Shown here: piece by piece, positions 61,191 through 64,000 of the stretch
Layout of the letters: every line of letters begins with the position of its first letter
Numbering within the stretch: the first letter of the stretch is position 1
Assembly (NCBI GenBank): GCA_964423645.1
Contig: CAYRFE010000010.1
Coordinates: 21,264 to 85,263, forward strand
DNA: 64,000 bases
Direction of reading: 5' to 3'
Source of the DNA: an uncultured bacterium
GTDB taxonomy: Bacteria > Macinerneyibacteriota > Macinerneyibacteria > Macinerneyibacteriales > CAYRFE01
The notes under the pieces: generated by a model
What the model was told of the DNA's origin: nothing
Database searches by the model: none
The model's input: only the letters and a program-made list of their open reading frames with translations
Made by a program: the position numbers and the translations under genes

Positions 61191-61790
61191 TCAATTGAAT
61201 TGTTTTTTTATTGGATCATAATTCTGATATTTTTCTATAAACTTCTGATTATTAAAAAATATGTCATACTTTTTCCTTCCATATTTATTTTTATAACTTG
61301 TCACAGGCATCCACATATTGATAACATTATCATAATACTCAATGTTTATATAAAATTCATCCGTCTTCAATCCCTTATAATAATTGTCAGATAGAATTAA
61401 TTTGTATTCCTTTATCTCATGTTCCTTTAATGATACATCAAAAGATTGTATTTCTACCTCTTCAGAACTACCATATGATTTCAAACTAAATCTTATCTTT
61501 CCGGAATACTTTTTTTTATAAATCCAATATCCTTCAGCATTATTTATCAACGACATCTTGTAATAGTAGTTTTTCCCGGGTTCCATTATAAGAACTTTGT
61601 CATCCAAAGGAGATTTGGTAGTGATAGGAAGACCATTCTCATCAGTTATTATTTCATCGGTATACCGTTCGATCTGCACATATCCTGTATCTGAAGTCCA
61701 TGAATAAACGTGTTTGTTAGCAAGAAGTAAAAGAATAACGGTAAGTAAAAAAACATATTTCTGTAATTTTATCACATTCGTTCTTTTCAC
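61191..61790 (-). CDS. Hypothetical secreted protein (AT-rich, Tyr/Lys-rich)
   Basis: Signal-peptide-like N-terminus; 199 aa; no recognisable motif. Confidence 0.5.
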   Translation of the reverse strand: MKRTNVIKLQKYVFLLTVILLLLANKHVYSWTSDTGYVQIERYTDEIITDENGLPITTKSPLDDKVLIMEPGKNYYYKMSLINNAEGYWIYKKKYSGKIRFSLKSYGSSEEVEIQSFDVSLKEHEIKEYKLILSDNYYKGLKTDEFYINIEYYDNVINMWMPVTSYKNKYGRKKYDIFFNNQKFIEKYQNYDPIKKQFN

Positions 61791-61931
61791 CCACCGCTCC
61801 TAATATTTTATTCTCTTTCTTGAAAACTCTACCGTGTTTTTCATACATGTCAAGATATCTTTTACGTTATGGAAACACATTCATCTCAGTACGATTGCTA
61901 CGCAATCACTTAATACTCAAAAGCATAATGT

Positions 61932-62015
61932 AGCTTCCCCTCGCGGTTACGCGTTTCCCCCTCTTTGCAAAAAAGAGGGGGAAGGAAAAACGGCCTTAAA
62001 AAATCAGCGTGAAAA
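61932..62015. repeat. Repeat family B, module B1 (second copy)
   Basis: Same hairpin-containing 84-bp module. Confidence 0.65.
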
Positions 62016-62200
62016 AATTTACAAGTAGAGACGTAGCATGCTACGTCTTTACGAAAAACAACAAAAAGTAATGCATGATTTTCGCAAAAATGACACTACC
62101 CGTTTAAGCTCCCCCTGCCCCTCTTATTGCATTATGAGGGGGAAGAATACAAAAGGGGAATTAAATCCGCGCTAATCTGCGTTAATCTGCGGATAAAAAA

Positions 62201-62337
62201 GCTGTCATCTCGAACACTTCGACGGAGTTTATACTGAGCGTAGTCGAATGTACTCAGTGCATGCCTACTGCGTGAGAGATATTGCTATTCAAATAACAGG
62301 ATTTCTCCTCACGGTAGAATTCGTCGATATGACAATA
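62201..62337. repeat. Repeat family B, module B2 (second copy, with about 48-bp internal insertion)
   Basis: Same termini and internal hairpin (CTACtgCGTGAG/CTCACGGTAG); the insertion carries its own hairpin ACTGAG...CTCAGT. Confidence 0.6.
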
Positions 62338-62434
62338 CTTGGGGCGATATCGAATCGCCCCCTACCAATATGTAACCAAGCATTGACATAACTTTCACTC
62401 CATGCTACTTTTCATCTGCAACAAAGGAGGAAAT

Positions 62435-63202
62435 ATGACACTAAAAAATAAAATTATCCTTATCACCGGTGCTACCGCCGGTATCGGTAAAGCATGCGCA
62501 CTTGCCTTTGCACGCGAAGGCGCACGTTGTATCATCACGGGACGTCGCAAAGAGAAACTCGACGAATTACAAAAAGAAATAACGAACACCTATCATACCG
62601 ATGTATTCTGTGCTGAGTTTGATATTCGCGATCTCAAAAGCTGTACGGAATTTGTTGAGAAACTGCCGAAAGAATGGCAAGAGATCGATGTGCTGGTGAA
62701 CAATGCAGGTTTAAGCCGCGGCATTGAAAAAATTCACGAAGGTACGATTGAAGGCTGGGAAGAAATGATCGATACGAATGTGAAAGGTCTTCTTTACATG
62801 AGTCGCTTGATCATCCCGGGCATGGTCTCGCGCAACAGCGGACATGTTATCAATATCGGTTCTACTGCAAGCCACGAGGCATATCCCGGCGGTAATGTGT
62901 ATTGTGCGACAAAACATGCTGTCGAAGCACTCAGTAAGGGAATGCGTATGGATCTTGTCAATACACCGATTCGCGTCACACAAGTGTCACCCGGGCTTAC
63001 GGAAACCGAATTCAGCATCGTGCGTTTCTACGGTGATGAAGACCGAGCAAAGAACGTGTATAAGGGATTCCAACCGCTTACCGCGGAAGATGTCGCAGAA
63101 ACAGTTGTATTTGCAGCATCTCGTCCTGCACATGTGCAGATCCACGAGATATTGCTTACCTGCACATCACAGGCAAGTTCGTTGGTTGTGCATAAAGAAT
63201 AG
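62435..63202 (+). CDS. SDR-family NAD(P)-dependent oxidoreductase (YdfG-like)
   Basis: TGATAGIGKA Rossmann motif; start moved to ATG 62435, which has the RBS aaaggaggaaatATG. Confidence 0.88.
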   Translation: MTLKNKIILITGATAGIGKACALAFAREGARCIITGRRKEKLDELQKEITNTYHTDVFCAEFDIRDLKSCTEFVEKLPKEWQEIDVLVNNAGLSRGIEKIHEGTIEGWEEMIDTNVKGLLYMSRLIIPGMVSRNSGHVINIGSTASHEAYPGGNVYCATKHAVEALSKGMRMDLVNTPIRVTQVSPGLTETEFSIVRFYGDEDRAKNVYKGFQPLTAEDVAETVVFAASRPAHVQIHEILLTCTSQASSLVVHKE

Positions 63203-63244
63203 ATAAAATGAGCTACCCCTCAGCAAGTTATTGAGTATCGCATT

Positions 63245-63358
63245 GTGCGCCCACCCCAAACCCCCTCCCTTTTATTTTGGGAGGGGCTTAATTTTTTTTA
63301 TAATGGGGACTTCGTCCCCATACCCCTAAAAATGAAATATTTCGAATTTCGCAAAGGG
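63245..63358 (-). repeat. Repeat family A copy 8 (reverse orientation)
   Basis: Hairpin 2 CCCCTCCCttttattttGGGAGGGG at 63262-63286; hairpin 1 GGGGACTTCGTCCCC at 63305-63319; tail tttcgcaaagg. Confidence 0.75.
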
Positions 63359-63391
63359 GTTGTCTTATCTTTAAATATGTATACTTTTTTA

Positions 63392-63820
63392 CTATAAAGA
63401 TTTCGTTTTTAAATACCGCAAAAACTCATCCGGCGACATGATAATCATCTTTTGATCATCAGCAGGATAGTCCTTAATGTTTCGTGTAACAATTATATCT
63501 AGCCCATTAGAAATTGCACAACAATACTGCACGCCATCTTCGAAGTCTTTAAAACCGGATGACAATGCCAAATCTATCATATGAGGATCAACGGATAGAA
63601 TCGTTAAGAGTAGTCGCAAGCGTATTATCGCTTTTTTTGCCTCGTCTTTTCCCTTAAATTTTGCAATTAGGTAATAAATATTAGCTATTACAAGAACAGA
63701 AGTAGATGCACTGATCTTTTTATCCTCAATTAGTGTAAATAACTCACGAGAATCATTAAAAAAAGGATCTCTCATGGTTAATAAATCTACAATAACATCT
63801 GTGTCGAGAAAAACAGTCAT
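63392..63820 (-). CDS. vapC: PIN-domain toxin (VapC-like)
   Basis: MTVFLDTDVIVDLL N-terminus with the acidic residues of a PIN domain; 142 aa. Confidence 0.85.
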   Translation of the reverse strand: MTVFLDTDVIVDLLTMRDPFFNDSRELFTLIEDKKISASTSVLVIANIYYLIAKFKGKDEAKKAIIRLRLLLTILSVDPHMIDLALSSGFKDFEDGVQYCCAISNGLDIIVTRNIKDYPADDQKMIIMSPDEFLRYLKTKSL

Positions 63821-64000
63821 AAATGTTTCTCATTCAAATAATCAGCAATAGCAATCGTTTCATCAACAACATCAATCCCTTGTAAAATACCCGCAAGCTC
63901 ATCAGTAAGCGACAAAGATTTTTGCGGTTGAGTATTTTTTTCGGTTATCAAAACTTGAAAATACCGCTCTACCATCTCTGAAAGAGAAGTATTCTTTTTT
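63817..64000 (-). CDS. Partial upstream ORF, likely the cognate antitoxin; 5' end lies beyond the window
   Basis: Minus-strand frame ends ...TDELAGILQGIDVVDETIAIADYLNEKHL with the stop overlapping the vapC ATG (ATGA). Confidence 0.4.
   Translation of the reverse strand, partial: KKNTSLSEMVERYFQVLITEKNTQPQKSLSLTDELAGILQGIDVVDETIAIADYLNEKHL

Noticed and set aside
1-64000. CRISPR arrays, tRNA/rRNA genes and IS transposases
   Set aside because: There are no arrays of regularly spaced direct repeats with unique spacers. The family-A and family-B repeats are not interspersed with spacer-like units. No tRNA cloverleaf candidates (GTTCGAATC-type T-arm) or rRNA-like stretches were found by reading. 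No transposase-like ORF is present.

Overview
This 64-kb window is chromosomal DNA from a motile, probably spirochete-like bacterium. That guess is an inference from the PPi-type phosphofructokinase, the flhA-flhF-flhG-PilZ-fliA order, Sel1-repeat proteins and Cache-type chemoreceptors.

Reading left to right, the window contains:
- Two paralogous methyl-accepting chemotaxis proteins (0.4-4.5 kb).
- A copZ-copA copper-efflux pair (5.0-7.4 kb).
- An AT-rich islet with a Sel1-repeat protein (7.9-9.2 kb).
- Two tandem orphan SBP_bac_3 binding proteins (9.5-11.2 kb).
- A mosaic surface-glycan cluster of about 17 kb (11.6-28.1 kb). It holds manC, a WbaP-type phosphoglycosyl transferase, Wzy-like and Wzx genes, two GT2 and three GT4 glycosyltransferases, a GNAT, and a PglE/PglC/PglF-like amino-sugar module.
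- An amidohydrolase, an M20 dipeptidase, a cNMP-binding protein and a PPi-PFK (28.2-32.9 kb).
- Two tandem paralogous secreted proteins of about 860 aa (33.0-38.3 kb).
- rluA.
- One unbroken minus-strand array of 19 ORFs spanning 17.5 kb (57.2 to 39.6 kb): flhA-flhF-flhG-PilZ-small TM protein-fliA-FlgM-like ORF-membrane protein-hypothetical-FlhB-C-domain-hypothetical-cheA-minimal HK-HDOD-Hsp70-J-protein-HDOD/DHp-GAF/degenerate GGDEF-small alarmone hydrolase.
- pxpABC, a second AT-rich islet (Sel1 lipoprotein, secreted hypothetical), an SDR gene, and vapBC at the right edge.

I found no rRNA, tRNA, CRISPR array or transposase gene.

Two things stand out:
- A dispersed intergenic repeat of about 100-150 bp, at least nine copies in both orientations, with two hairpins that are kept by compensatory base changes. 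It sits mostly between gene ends and three times inside the glycan cluster.
- A non-housekeeping Hsp70 / J-protein pair wired into the flagellar-chemotaxis-HDOD-c-di-GMP-alarmone array.

Other notable points are a second mosaic repeat family with terminal inverted repeats, an identical 254-bp block shared by the tandem large paralogs, a CheA with two P1 domains and no adjacent cheW/cheY, and a perfect TTGACT-N17-TATAAT promoter abutting the flhA start codon.
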